Assembly: GCA_001821555.1 (NCBI GenBank)
Contig: MHMM01000005.1
Location: forward strand, 6,956-59,021
Length of the DNA stretch: 52,066 bases
From: Candidatus Nealsonbacteria bacterium RIFOXYB1_FULL_40_15
Lineage (GTDB): Bacteria > Patescibacteriota > Minisyncoccia > Minisyncoccales > GWA2-38-27
Direction of reading: 5' to 3'
Numbering within the stretch: the stretch's first letter is position 1; each line of letters begins with the position of its first letter. The translations under genes were made by a program, and so were the position numbers. Positions 26,935-37,025 of this stretch are shown one piece after another. The notes under the pieces were generated by a model. It saw nothing but the letters and a program-made list of their open reading frames with translations, had not been told where the DNA came from and did no database searches.

Positions 26935-27480
26935 ATGGGGGAAATTCCTATAGAGGATCAGATCAAACTTGTCCAACAGGGTAGAATTGAGCTTTTTGAC
27001 CGGGTTGTAAAAGAATATGAGGAAAAGCTTTTAAGATACGGCCGGAGGTTTCTGAGCAGAGAGGAAGATATAGAAGAAATAGTCCAGGAAGTGTTTATAA
27101 AAAGCTATGTTAATATAAAGAGCTTTGATTCTTCAAAGAAGTTTTCTCCTTGGATATATAGGATAGCCCATAATGAATTTGTAAACGCCCTAAAGAAAAG
27201 AAGGCCTCTTTATTTTTTTGATTTGGATGTTTTTTTTCCTTATTTTATTTCAAAGGAAAACTTTAATGACGAGTTTGATAAAAAAAGGATGCAAGAGATT
27301 ATAAATAAATATATCGGCAGTCTAGATTATAAATACAAAGAGCCGGTAATCCTTTATTATTTTGAAGACTTAAGCTATAAGGACATATCGGATATATTAA
27401 GGATTCCCGTTTCAACTGTAGGGGTAAGGATTAAAAGAGCCAAAAAAATATTAAAAAATCTATGGACGAAAAAATCTTAG
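26935..27480 (+). CDS. ECF sigma factor (SigW-like)
   Basis: IVQEVFIKSY, FSPWIYRIAHNEFVN, EDLSYKDISDILRIPVSTVGVRIKRAK. Confidence 0.9.
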   Translation: MGEIPIEDQIKLVQQGRIELFDRVVKEYEEKLLRYGRRFLSREEDIEEIVQEVFIKSYVNIKSFDSSKKFSPWIYRIAHNEFVNALKKRRPLYFFDLDVFFPYFISKENFNDEFDKKRMQEIINKYIGSLDYKYKEPVILYYFEDLSYKDISDILRIPVSTVGVRIKRAKKILKNLWTKKS

Positions 27481-27878
27481 AAAAAATCAGGCAATTAAAA
27501 ATGCGTCCCAAATGCTATTTTGTCTTCAAAACAGCGCTTTTGATTATCTTGGTTGCCGTTGCTTTTATCGCGGTTCTTTTCCTTTCTAGCTTTCTTATGT
27601 TCTGCATGTGCTGTTCAGGAATCTTTTTTATCGGGATATTGGCCTTGATATTTCTGCTGATTATATTTATGGAAAAGATAACGAGCGAGGTTTCTTACAG
27701 AAAGCCGCTGGTTTATTCTTTGTTATTTATGATTATCCTGATATTGGTTTTTTCTTCGGCTATAAACAGGATGAAGTTTCACGAGAGAATAGAAAGAAGG
27801 AATCTGCCGATGATCAGAAGAATATACAAAGTTCCCCGTCCGGAATTTGAAATAAAATCCAAAAGGATGATGTATTAA
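27462..27878 (+). CDS. Membrane protein (putative anti-sigma)
   Basis: Three TM helices; overlaps the 3' end of the ECF sigma gene. Confidence 0.6.
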   Translation: MDEKILEKIRQLKMRPKCYFVFKTALLIILVAVAFIAVLFLSSFLMFCMCCSGIFFIGILALIFLLIIFMEKITSEVSYRKPLVYSLLFMIILILVFSSAINRMKFHERIERRNLPMIRRIYKVPRPEFEIKSKRMMY

Positions 27879-27913
27879 GAATGAAAGGTCGCAAAAAACA
27901 AATAATTATTTCC

Positions 27914-28369
27914 ATGAGTAAAAAATTGATTTTTGCATCAGCAGGGGTTATGGCTGTTTTCTTGTTTGCAGGAATTGCAGCCGCCCAATCTTTTGGGGGT
28001 TCTCAAGATATCGTCCAAAGGATCGCTGAAAGGTTCAACCTGGAAGAATCTGCTGTCCAAGAGGTGTTTAATGAAATGAGGGAAGAAAAAATGCTTCAGC
28101 AGGAAGAAAGGGTAGAAGAAAGGCTGGATAAGTTCGTGGAGGACGGAAAGATTACGCAGGATCAGGAAGATCAGATCTTGGCCAAAAGAGAAGAGATCAA
28201 GAATCTTCCTGTAGAGGAAAGAAAAGATGCGGTGGATGAGTTTAGGGAGTGGTCCAAAGAAAACAACATCCCATTTGGCTTTATGGGGCCTTGGGGAAAG
28301 GGACCAAAAGTGGGAAATTGCCCAATGATGGGCGGGTTAGGCCAATTCAATAGAGGCGAAGTAAATTAA
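27914..28369 (+). CDS. Secreted helical hypothetical protein
   Basis: Signal peptide from ATG27914; 'VEDGKITQDQEDQI' motif; terminator follows. Confidence 0.7.
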   Translation: MSKKLIFASAGVMAVFLFAGIAAAQSFGGSQDIVQRIAERFNLEESAVQEVFNEMREEKMLQQEERVEERLDKFVEDGKITQDQEDQILAKREEIKNLPVEERKDAVDEFREWSKENNIPFGFMGPWGKGPKVGNCPMMGGLGQFNRGEVN

Positions 28370-28454
28370 AAAGTAAAGCAGACAGCCCATAGGGGCTGTT
28401 TTGCATTTTAAGAAACCTGCTTGACTAGATGTTTCAGTATGATAGTATAAACCC

Positions 28455-28473
28455 ATACCCTAGGTAGGGGTAT
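28455..28473. promoter_or_regulatory. CsoR-type operator
   Basis: ATACCC-TAGGTAG-GGGTAT pseudo-palindrome with C/G tracts, just after a TTGACT...TG-A-TAGTAT promoter. Confidence 0.75.
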
Positions 28474-28520
28474 TAATACTATGTTAAAACATTGCAAATG
28501 TAATCCCCGGAAAACCGAGA

Positions 28521-28850
28521 ATGAATACTGTGATCATTGCGGAAGAAAAAAAGACGAATGTGCTTGCGACAACAATGAAGCCGAATAAAAAACAGAGGGC
28601 TTTAATTAATTTTAAAAAAGCCCAGAGTTTGATTGGAAAAATCATAGAAATGGTGGAAGCAGATGAATACTGCATAAATATAATGCAGCAGAATTTGGCT
28701 GTCCTTGGCCTATTGAAATCTGTCCATCAGATGCTTATGGAAAACCATCTCAACACTTGTTTTAAGAAAGCCATAGACTCAAAAGATAATAAAAAGAAAA
28801 ACAAAATGGCGGAGGAGATACTAAAAGTAACTAAATTATTTAATAGATGA
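28521..28850 (+). CDS. csoR: CsoR-family copper-sensing repressor (start may be ATG28575)
   Basis: EYCINIMQQ...ENHLNTC gives the Cys-His-Cys ligand set. Confidence 0.88.
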   Translation: MNTVIIAEEKKTNVLATTMKPNKKQRALINFKKAQSLIGKIIEMVEADEYCINIMQQNLAVLGLLKSVHQMLMENHLNTCFKKAIDSKDNKKKNKMAEEILKVTKLFNR

Positions 28851-29224
28851 AGGGCATCAAAGGATTTATTATGCTTGTTCTTGCTGCTTTCCTGGCGGGA
28901 AGCTTCAATATTTGTTTTTTGCATACAGAAGATGCCCTTGCCTTGGGTGGCAAGATGGATCCGGAAAGTTTTGATATTTGCCCGAAAACGGACGGTTCGA
29001 CCAAAGACGGCGAAACCAGCCAGCAGAATTTTTTATACTGCTGTTTTTCGCATGCTCAAGCAAAAAAAGAAGCTCCCGACAGCGAAAAAGGATGTTACGA
29101 ATTTACTTTTTTAGAATCAGAAGATGAGCCACCTTGCATAAGCCAGATATTTTATTTTAAGGATTCTTTTGATTTTTTTGCCTATGAAGATTTATCTCTT
29201 CTGTCCGTTTTTAAGAAAGAATAA
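28847..29224 (+). CDS. Cys-rich secreted hypothetical protein in the copper operon
   Basis: ATGA overlap with csoR; signal peptide; six Cys including YCCFSH. Confidence 0.6.
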   Translation: MKGIKGFIMLVLAAFLAGSFNICFLHTEDALALGGKMDPESFDICPKTDGSTKDGETSQQNFLYCCFSHAQAKKEAPDSEKGCYEFTFLESEDEPPCISQIFYFKDSFDFFAYEDLSLLSVFKKE

Positions 29225-29291
29225 ACAAAATCTTATGCTATTTTTCCCTAAATAGCGTTGGTTTAGGGTTGTTTTACTTTGTAATAAATTT

Positions 29292-30647
29292 ATGTTTACA
29301 CTCAAAGAATATACTTATTTCGTAAACGGCATGCACTGCGCCTCATGCGAGATAATAATAGAAAAAAAACTGCTTGAGTTCAAAGAAATAAAGTCAGTTG
29401 ATGCAAAAACGGAAAAAGGGGAGGTATTAATTGAATATGTGGGAGAAAAGCCTTCTTTAAACCAGCTTAATAAGTGTTTTAGGGAAGAAAAATACATCTT
29501 TTCTGACAAACCAATTCTGTTCTCAAAAAAAGGATTTATGCGATCTGTTCTGACCGCCATAATCTTAATCGGAGCATTTCTTTTGTTAAATAGGCTGGGT
29601 TTTTCAAGCATAGCCAACATTAATTCTTCCTCCTCTTTAATTTCTTTTTTCATCTTCGGCTTGATTGCCGGCCTTTCCAGCTGTGCGGCTCTCGTCGGGG
29701 GGATTGTTCTGTCTATGTCAAAACAATGGCTCCAGTATTATTCGGACAAAGATTCTGTTTATGAGAAGCTGAAACCCCATCTGATGTTCAATATTGGAAG
29801 GATTGTGTCTTATGCTGTATTCGGAGCGGTATTGGGGATCATAGGAAGCCAGCTTAAAATCTCATTGACGTTCACCTCGTTATTGATCATTGTTGTTTCG
29901 CTGGCAATGGCTTTCTTTGGGGCCCAAATGCTTGGAATCAAGGCCATTAAAAGATTCCAAGCATCGGCTCCGAAGTTTATTTCCCGCTATATTGCCAATG
30001 AAGAAAACTTCAAGGGTAGAAAAATGCCTTTCATAATGGGAGCCTTGACGTTTTTTCTTCCCTGCGGATTTACTGTTTCGGCCCAGGGGGTAGCTCTACT
30101 GTCGGCAAGTCCTGTCCAAAGCTCTCTTATTATGCTTGCTTTTGCCCTGGGAACATCCTTTCCTCTTTTGGGCATAGGATTGTCAGCCATAAAGTTTTCC
30201 AAACCCGAGCTAACTTTGCAGTTTTCAAGAATTGCCGGAATAATGATTCTTTTTTTTGCTGTTTTCAATATAAACAGCCAGCTGGCCGTTTTGGGATTTA
30301 AAAATCTAGCGGATCTGGATTTGTTCCGGGCAAATGCGATCACGTATAACGAAAGAGATTTGCCAGAGATAATTAATGGAAAGCAGGTTATAAAAATGGA
30401 TGCAATGTCTTATGGTTATAAGCCGAATAATTTCAAAGTGAGAGCAAATATTCCCGTAAGATGGGAAATAACAGACAAAGGAACCTCTGGCTGCGCAAAC
30501 GCTATTATTTCTAATAGCCTCTTTCCTGACCAGATTTCTTTGAAGCCGGGCCAAATAAGCGTTAAAGAGTTTATTCCTCAAAAGCCCGGAAGATATAAAT
30601 TTAGCTGCTGGATGGGAATGATCTCCGGCGCGATAGAAGTAATATGA
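29292..30647 (+). CDS. HMA + DsbD_2-like membrane domain + cupredoxin fusion protein
   Basis: GMHCASCE, SSCAALVGG, FFLPCGF, GC...FSCWMGM. Confidence 0.88.
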   Translation: MFTLKEYTYFVNGMHCASCEIIIEKKLLEFKEIKSVDAKTEKGEVLIEYVGEKPSLNQLNKCFREEKYIFSDKPILFSKKGFMRSVLTAIILIGAFLLLNRLGFSSIANINSSSSLISFFIFGLIAGLSSCAALVGGIVLSMSKQWLQYYSDKDSVYEKLKPHLMFNIGRIVSYAVFGAVLGIIGSQLKISLTFTSLLIIVVSLAMAFFGAQMLGIKAIKRFQASAPKFISRYIANEENFKGRKMPFIMGALTFFLPCGFTVSAQGVALLSASPVQSSLIMLAFALGTSFPLLGIGLSAIKFSKPELTLQFSRIAGIMILFFAVFNINSQLAVLGFKNLADLDLFRANAITYNERDLPEIINGKQVIKMDAMSYGYKPNNFKVRANIPVRWEITDKGTSGCANAIISNSLFPDQISLKPGQISVKEFIPQKPGRYKFSCWMGMISGAIEVI

Positions 30648-30790
30648 GCAAGATACTTTTAATTTTTATTGCAATAATTGCATCGCTTTCGAGCACAGCT
30701 CTGTTTTACGGGTATGCAAGGGAAAGCGCGCCTCCGAGAGCCGATTCAATTAATGAAGAATCAGAACAGCCGGTTGCGGACTTGTTCTGA
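30644..30790 (+). CDS. Small membrane-anchored protein (48 aa), not in the ORF track
   Basis: ATGA overlap; MSKILLIFIAIIASLSSTALFYGYARESAPPRADSINEESEQPVADLF fills the gap before copA. Confidence 0.6.
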   Translation: MSKILLIFIAIIASLSSTALFYGYARESAPPRADSINEESEQPVADLF

Positions 30791-30799
30791 TTATAAAAT

Positions 30800-33136
30800 A
30801 TGGAAACAGTCAATTTAACAATTTCAGGAATGCATTGCGCTTCATGCGCCAGACTGATCGAAAAATCAATTAAAAAAATAAATGGAGTCAGCAAAATAAA
30901 TGTGAATTTTGCCGCAGAAAAAGCATTTATTGTTTTTGACGAGAAGATTGTCGGCAAAGATGTTTTTATCAGGGCAATTGCAAAAGCAGGATATAGCGCG
31001 GCCGAGGAAGACAAGGAAAAAGATTCTAAAAAAAAGGAAGCTGCCGTTTCCACCGTTTTTAGAAAGTTTATTTTCAGTTTTGCCATAAGCCTTCCTATGC
31101 TTTATTTCATGCTTTTTGATTTTTTTGATCAGCTTCCTGGCAAAAGCCAGCTTTTCCCTTATATAGGAATAATTTCCTTGCTTTTGACTTTGCCGATTCA
31201 ATTTGTAATCGGAGCTGGTTTTTACAAGGGGATGTGGTCTGGCATTAAGATGAAAACTTTTAATATGGATTCTTTGATCGCGATAGGAACTTCTACGGCT
31301 TTCATCTATAGTTTAGTTAACATGGCTGTTTATTTCTCCAAAACAGGATCTTTAATCGGAATCAACGGATCAAAAGTGCCAGATTTGTATTTTGAGACTG
31401 CCGCATTCCTTATAACCTTCGTTCTTCTCGGAAAATGGCTTGAAGCAAGAACTAAAAGCAGGGCTTCAGATGCTATTAAAAAGCTGATGGGGTTGCAACC
31501 AAAAACAGCGAGAGTGATACGGATGAATCAAGCCCAAGATATTCCTATAAGCGAAGTTGTCCAGGGCGATACGGTTTTGGCGCGTCCTGGCGAGAAAATT
31601 CCAACTGATGGAAAAATTACAAAGGGAAGTTCATTCGTGGACGAATCTATGATTACAGGCGAAAGCATGCCTGTTGGAAAAAATGTGGGGGATAATGTTA
31701 CAGGAGGGACAGTGAATAAAACGGGTAGCTTTGAATTTTCCGCATCAAGAGTCGGAGGGGAAACTGTTTTGTCCCAGATTATCAGACTGATAGAAGAGGC
31801 GCAGAATTCAAAAGCTCCCATTCAAAATTTTTCCGATAGGATTTCATCCTGGTTTGTCCCGATTGTTATCGGAATAGCATTGTTAACTTTTGCAATATGG
31901 TATTTCTTTCTTGGATCGGAACTAAGTTATTCTTTAATGGCCTTTACTGCAGTGATTGTGATCGCCTGTCCCTGTGCACTGGGTCTTGCCACGCCCACTT
32001 CATTGATGGCCGGGACAGGAAAGGGAGCCGAATACGGAATTCTGATAAAGGGAGGCGAGCCCTTAGAAGCTGCTTGTAAAATAAACACAATTGTTTTTGA
32101 CAAAACAGGGACCATCACTAAAGGTAAGCCCGAAGTGACAAATATATGCAAATTCGGATCAATAGAAAAGGGGGAAATAATGAAAATCTCTGCTAGTCTT
32201 GAAAAACAGTCTGAGCATCCGCTGGCAGAAGCAATATTTAGTTATGCAAAAGAAAAGTCCATTATTATTGAAGACGTGAATAATTTTAATGCGATTCCGG
32301 GAAGGGGCGTTTCTGGCGACATAAAAAGTAAAAAGTATTTCTTGGGAAACAGGGTGCTTGTTTCGGGATTCTTAAATTTGCCCATTGACAAATTTAGCAG
32401 AGAGATAGAAGATTTAGAAGAACAAGGAAAAACAGTTATGATTCTAGCGGACGCAAAAGATATTTTAGGAGCTGTCGCGGTTGCAGATACAATCAGGCCC
32501 AGCTCATTAAAAGCAATAAAAATGCTCAAAGAAATGGGTATGAACATATTTATGATAACCGGGGACAATAAAAGAACGGCAATGGCGATTGCCTCTGAAA
32601 CGGGCATTGAAAATGTTTTGGCCGAAGTGTTGCCCAAAGACAAAGCAGATGAAGTTAAAAAGCTTCAGCGGAAAGGATTTAAAGTAGCCATGGTGGGAGA
32701 CGGCGTAAACGATGCTCCGGCCTTAGCCCAGGCCGATCTGGGGATTGCTATGGGTTCTGGAACGGATGTTGCCATGGAAGCGGGCGGAATTGTTATAATG
32801 AAAAACGACATAAGCGACATTCCGACTGCCTTTGAACTGTCAAAAGAAACAGTGGGAAAAATAAAGCAGAACCTTTTCTTCGCTTTGTTCTATAATATTT
32901 CTGCCATACCGATAGCAGCAAGAGCATTTGCTTTTTGGGGGGTTGTATTAAAGCCCGAACTGGCAGGGCTAGCCATGGCCTTAAGCTCTGTTTCGGTAGT
33001 GGTTAACTCATTGTTTTTAAGGCTTTTCAGGCCGGGCAGAAAGAATTACGTATCCTTGATAGCTCCTGTTATAATGCTTATTATCTTCGCATTATTATTT
33101 ATTGAATTTGCAAGATTTAGTTCTAGAGCAATGTAA
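30800..33136 (+). CDS. copA: Copper-translocating P1B-type ATPase
   Basis: [37 protein letters not shown] and MALSS. Confidence 0.95.
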   Translation: METVNLTISGMHCASCARLIEKSIKKINGVSKINVNFAAEKAFIVFDEKIVGKDVFIRAIAKAGYSAAEEDKEKDSKKKEAAVSTVFRKFIFSFAISLPMLYFMLFDFFDQLPGKSQLFPYIGIISLLLTLPIQFVIGAGFYKGMWSGIKMKTFNMDSLIAIGTSTAFIYSLVNMAVYFSKTGSLIGINGSKVPDLYFETAAFLITFVLLGKWLEARTKSRASDAIKKLMGLQPKTARVIRMNQAQDIPISEVVQGDTVLARPGEKIPTDGKITKGSSFVDESMITGESMPVGKNVGDNVTGGTVNKTGSFEFSASRVGGETVLSQIIRLIEEAQNSKAPIQNFSDRISSWFVPIVIGIALLTFAIWYFFLGSELSYSLMAFTAVIVIACPCALGLATPTSLMAGTGKGAEYGILIKGGEPLEAACKINTIVFDKTGTITKGKPEVTNICKFGSIEKGEIMKISASLEKQSEHPLAEAIFSYAKEKSIIIEDVNNFNAIPGRGVSGDIKSKKYFLGNRVLVSGFLNLPIDKFSREIEDLEEQGKTVMILADAKDILGAVAVADTIRPSSLKAIKMLKEMGMNIFMITGDNKRTAMAIASETGIENVLAEVLPKDKADEVKKLQRKGFKVAMVGDGVNDAPALAQADLGIAMGSGTDVAMEAGGIVIMKNDISDIPTAFELSKETVGKIKQNLFFALFYNISAIPIAARAFAFWGVVLKPELAGLAMALSSVSVVVNSLFLRLFRPGRKNYVSLIAPVIMLIIFALLFIEFARFSSRAM

Positions 33137-33143
33137 AACTAAA

Positions 33144-33797
33144 ATGATACTGCCCTCAATTACAACAACTGAAGGATCTGATTGGAAAAAGAAGATAAAA
33201 GAAGCAGAGGAGCTGGATGAAGTCTGCTTTTTTTTGACCTGCCTAGAACGCAAAGAGCGGGAAGAGTTTTACTTTTTGGCAAGAAAAATAAAAAGAGCGC
33301 CCTTTGTCCACCTAAGAAGCGATATGGGCGCTGACGAGATAGAGCTTCTTAAAAATAACTTTGGATCAAAAATATTCAACATACATACTCTTAGAGAACA
33401 TCCCCTGGAAAAAGACCTTTCCGAATTTAAAAAAAGCATTTTCATAGAAAATATTTATTTCCCTTTGGACGAAAAGGAGCTGAAGGAGTTCGGGGGGATA
33501 TGCCTTGATTTTGCCCATCTTGAGAATGACAGGATTCTTGAAAAAGAAAAATATCAGCGCAATCTTTCTGTCATTAAAAATTTTCCAATAGGATGCTGCC
33601 ATATAAGCTGCGTGAAGAAAAAGCCCAGGCTTGACCATAGAAATTTCCTAAGATATGACAGCCATCAAATGGGAGAATTGAAAGAGCTTGATTATCTTAG
33701 GGGGTATAAAGATTATTTTTCTGGAATCTTAGCCATAGAACTTGAAAATAGCATTGAAGACCAGCTAAAAGCGATAGAATATATAAGATCTTTTTAG
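33144..33797 (+). CDS. Hypothetical protein, possible xylose-isomerase-like TIM barrel
   Basis: FVHL, IEN, CLDFAH, CHIS and IELE metal-ligand-like motifs. Confidence 0.6.
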   Translation: MILPSITTTEGSDWKKKIKEAEELDEVCFFLTCLERKEREEFYFLARKIKRAPFVHLRSDMGADEIELLKNNFGSKIFNIHTLREHPLEKDLSEFKKSIFIENIYFPLDEKELKEFGGICLDFAHLENDRILEKEKYQRNLSVIKNFPIGCCHISCVKKKPRLDHRNFLRYDSHQMGELKELDYLRGYKDYFSGILAIELENSIEDQLKAIEYIRSF

Positions 33798-33841
33798 AAT
33801 TATTAATCATAAGTTAATACGATTCTATGTATTTTTAGGAT

Positions 33842-34153
33842 ATGATTTTGAATTCACTGGACTATTTTTCAAAAAATAGGGAAAAGATGAAAAAACTTGT
33901 CTTAATCGGAGGAATATTTAACGCCCTGTATGCTGAACAAATTGAGTTTTTTGAGAAAGCAAAAAAACTGGGGGATACCCTGGCGGTGCATGTAGCCGGA
34001 GAAAAGAAGGGAATCTTAAGGTCCAGAAAAAGAGCGGAGCTTGTTTCGGCCATAAAGCACGTGGATATTGTTTTCATTTCTAATAAGGATATAGGAAGCA
34101 AAAGTATTATGGAAAAAATAAAGCCGGATCTTTTTTATATGTTTCCTCATTGA
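33842..34153 (+). CDS. Cytidylyltransferase-like protein with degenerate HIGH motif
   Basis: GGIFNALYAEQIEFFEKAKKLGDTLAV...IKHVD; paralog of the next gene. Confidence 0.75.
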   Translation: MILNSLDYFSKNREKMKKLVLIGGIFNALYAEQIEFFEKAKKLGDTLAVHVAGEKKGILRSRKRAELVSAIKHVDIVFISNKDIGSKSIMEKIKPDLFYMFPH

Positions 34154-34156
34154 TTT

Positions 34157-34507
34157 ATGGCAAGCATAAAGTATTTGGCTGACAATAGGCATAAGATGAA
34201 AAGACTTGTTTTGGCAGGCGGTATTTTTGATGTTATCCATATAGGCCATATTAATTATTTCAAAAAAGCCAAATCTCTCGGGGACACCTTGGCAGTCCAT
34301 ATAACCGAAGGAAAAAGCTTTTTTAACGCCAAAAAAAGAGCGGCAGCTATTTCGGCGATTAAGTTTGTGGACTTTGTTTTTATTGCTCCCGGCGATTTCT
34401 GCGATAAAAATATTCTAAAAAAACTAAAGCCGGATATCTTAATGCTTAATGACGGTCCCGATAAATTTGATTGCAAGGGAACGGTCGTATTCAGGAAGTA
34501 TTTTTGA
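34157..34507 (+). CDS. Cytidylyltransferase/FAD-synthase-like nucleotidyltransferase
   Basis: GGIFDVIHIGHINYFKKAKSLGD. Confidence 0.85.
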   Translation: MASIKYLADNRHKMKRLVLAGGIFDVIHIGHINYFKKAKSLGDTLAVHITEGKSFFNAKKRAAAISAIKFVDFVFIAPGDFCDKNILKKLKPDILMLNDGPDKFDCKGTVVFRKYF

Positions 34508-34538
34508 AAAGTTCTGCATTTCTGCTATAAATACAGTA

Positions 34539-35201
34539 ATGGATGCGCTTTATGAAGATAACCACATTATTGCTGTTTTTAAGCCCGCAGGAGTTTTAGT
34601 CCAAGAAGATTCTTCCGGAGACGAAAGCTTGCAGAAGCAAGTTAAGGGTTTTTTAAAACAAAAATACGGAAAGAAAGGCAATGTTTTTCTTGGTGTCTTG
34701 CACAGAATAGATAGGCCTGTTTCTGGAATTGTGCTTTTTGCAAAAACCACCAAAGGGGCATCAAGGATTTCAGCCCAATTCAGGGCCGGAGAAATCCAAA
34801 AGACTTATCTTGTCTTGGTTTCGGGTTTGCCCAAAGATTCTGAAGGATGCCTGAAGAATTTACTTGAAAAAAGAGGCGGAAAAGCCATTATTTCGGTTAA
34901 GGGAAAAGAATCAATACTTTGCTATAAGGTTTTGAAATCCAACGGGGAATATTCGCTTCTTGAGTTAACTCCTAAAACAGGAAGGTTTCACCAGATAAGG
35001 GCCCAGCTTTCTAATATGGGAAACCCCATTCTGGACGATTTAAAATATGGAGGGAAGCTGTTTTTTAAGAACAGGAGCATTGCCCTTGTGGCTTCGGGGA
35101 TTTCTTTTAAAAAAGCGGTTGGGGGAGAAAAAGTAGAGCTTTCTATAAACATGCCCAGCGAATGGGAGCGTGTTTTTAAAAATAATGTACAGAAAAGATA
35201 G
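34539..35201 (+). CDS. RluA-family pseudouridine synthase
   Basis: LYED, KPAG, HRIDRPVSG, TGRFHQIR. Confidence 0.92.
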   Translation: MDALYEDNHIIAVFKPAGVLVQEDSSGDESLQKQVKGFLKQKYGKKGNVFLGVLHRIDRPVSGIVLFAKTTKGASRISAQFRAGEIQKTYLVLVSGLPKDSEGCLKNLLEKRGGKAIISVKGKESILCYKVLKSNGEYSLLELTPKTGRFHQIRAQLSNMGNPILDDLKYGGKLFFKNRSIALVASGISFKKAVGGEKVELSINMPSEWERVFKNNVQKR

Positions 35202-35817
35202 GAAAGAAGAATATTATACTAAAAAGGCGAAAAAGGAAGGCTATCCTGCCAGGTCTGTTTATAAACTGAAAGAAATAGACGAAACATTCGGGGTTATAAA
35301 AGAAGGAGATCTGGTGCTGGATTTGGGGTCTGCTCCCGGCTCCTGGCTTTCTTACATTTCTAAAAAAGCAGGCAAGGTTTATGGGATAGACGAGAACGAA
35401 ACGGAGATTGGGGGAGACAATATTGTTTTTATCAGAAAGGATATAAATGACGAGAGCGTATTGGATATGATTAGGGGCCTGAAATTTGATTCTGTTGTCG
35501 CTGATCTTTCTCCTAAGACAACGGGAATCAGGTTTTTGGACTCCGGACTCTCTCTGGAGCTTTCAGAGAGGGCTTTTTTTATTGCAAAAAAGGTTTTGAA
35601 AGAAGGGGGAGACTTTGTCTGCAAGATTTTTGAGAGCCAGGAATCCTCTGATTTTATAAAATCAATTGGACCTTCATTTAAGATGATAAAAAGATTCAGG
35701 CCGAAAGCGGTTTTGAGGAAAAGCAAAGAATTCTATATTGTAGCCAAAGGATTCAAAAAAAGTAAGCTTACTTTAGGAGACTGCTCAGAAAGCAGTTTTT
35801 GTGTTAAAGTAAAATAA
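35185..35817 (+). CDS. rlmE: 23S rRNA Um2552 methyltransferase RlmE/FtsJ
   Basis: AKKEGYPARSVYKLKEI, DLGSAPGSW, DLSPKTTG, SKEFY. Confidence 0.9.
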   Translation: MYRKDRKEEYYTKKAKKEGYPARSVYKLKEIDETFGVIKEGDLVLDLGSAPGSWLSYISKKAGKVYGIDENETEIGGDNIVFIRKDINDESVLDMIRGLKFDSVVADLSPKTTGIRFLDSGLSLELSERAFFIAKKVLKEGGDFVCKIFESQESSDFIKSIGPSFKMIKRFRPKAVLRKSKEFYIVAKGFKKSKLTLGDCSESSFCVKVK

Positions 35818-35818
35818 T
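35780..35818 (+). promoter_or_regulatory. Divergent fifth copy of the hairpin + -10 module
   Basis: ACTGCT-cagaa-AGCAGT-TTTTGTGT-TAAAGT, then 8 nt to ATG35819. Confidence 0.5.
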
Positions 35819-36253
35819 ATGAAAATAGAATTCAACAAAGTTACGTGGTATTCTAAGCTAGCGGCAGCAGTTATCTTTTTATGCGTCTTTGCCATTGCTT
35901 TTTATTTGGGAAAGGGATTTGGAGAATTGGATCGCCACACGCCTCAAATAGAAGAAAAACCGACAGTCTCTTTGAATGAAATTATGCGAAAAATAGACCA
36001 ATGCTTGCCGTTAAGCGATATAAAAAGCCATGAAACTTGCCAGCAGTTAATGGCAGAAGCGTGGCCTTTTGTATCGGAGGCAATTAATGATTGCAAGGTG
36101 GAAAGAGTTTTTCAGGCGCACAGTCTGATAGTTTCGGCTGACTTGAAAGACGGCCGGAGAATAACGGCCTTTGAGCCTAAAATAGACGATATCCTGAATT
36201 TGGCCGAATCAGCCGAAAGCCGTTGCGGACACATACCCGTTGCAACCGAATAA
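35819..36253 (+). CDS. Membrane-anchored hypothetical protein
   Basis: NKVTWYSKLAA N-terminal TM segment; four Cys. Confidence 0.7.
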   Translation: MKIEFNKVTWYSKLAAAVIFLCVFAIAFYLGKGFGELDRHTPQIEEKPTVSLNEIMRKIDQCLPLSDIKSHETCQQLMAEAWPFVSEAINDCKVERVFQAHSLIVSADLKDGRRITAFEPKIDDILNLAESAESRCGHIPVATE

Positions 36254-36259
36254 AAATAT

Positions 36260-37021
36260 ATGGAAAAAGACCTAAAAAAACTTGTGATTGAAGAGTTTTC
36301 AGGGGTAAATGCCCAACTGCAATATGTTAAAAAAGCAGAGGAAGGTCTTTGGATTTCAGAACAGCATTTTATTAAAAAATACTTTATTCAAAAGGGAGCT
36401 AGGGTTTTGGATATTGGATGCGGAACTGGCAGAACAACTATTCCTTTGCATAAAATGGGTTTTAATGTAATAGGAATTGATCTAGTTTCAGCCATGATTG
36501 AAAACGCAAAGAAGATTGCCCACAGCAAGAATTTAAATATGGATTACAGAATTGGCGATGCTACAAATCTTAACTTTCAAGACAACAGTTTTGATTATGC
36601 TCTTTTTTCAAATCAAGGATGGACGCAAATACCTGGAAGCAAAAACAGGCTTTGTGTTCTGAACGAAGCATGGAGAGTTTTAAAAGACGGGGGAATATTT
36701 ATATTCACCGCTCACCCCCGAGTTTGGGTAGGAAAATATTGTTTCTTCTGGCTCTGGCAGTGGGTCCGCTTCTATATCTTAAAGCCACTGGGCTTTAATA
36801 TTGCTGAACTTGATTTCGGAGACAGGTTTTTTAGCAGAGAGTCTAGTGATACCCAGAAAACATATAAGACAAAGCAATATATTCATATTTCTTCGGTGAG
36901 AGAGACCAAGCGTGAAATTGAAAAAACAAAATTCAAAATTCTTGAAATAAACGGATTATTTCAAATATCTAAAGAAGATGTTAGAAAACATCCCTCTGTT
37001 TTCTATATCTGTCAAAAATAA
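36260..37021 (+). CDS. Class I SAM-dependent methyltransferase
   Basis: [27 protein letters not shown]. Confidence 0.9.
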   Translation: MEKDLKKLVIEEFSGVNAQLQYVKKAEEGLWISEQHFIKKYFIQKGARVLDIGCGTGRTTIPLHKMGFNVIGIDLVSAMIENAKKIAHSKNLNMDYRIGDATNLNFQDNSFDYALFSNQGWTQIPGSKNRLCVLNEAWRVLKDGGIFIFTAHPRVWVGKYCFFWLWQWVRFYILKPLGFNIAELDFGDRFFSRESSDTQKTYKTKQYIHISSVRETKREIEKTKFKILEINGLFQISKEDVRKHPSVFYICQK

Positions 37022-37025
37022 TTAT

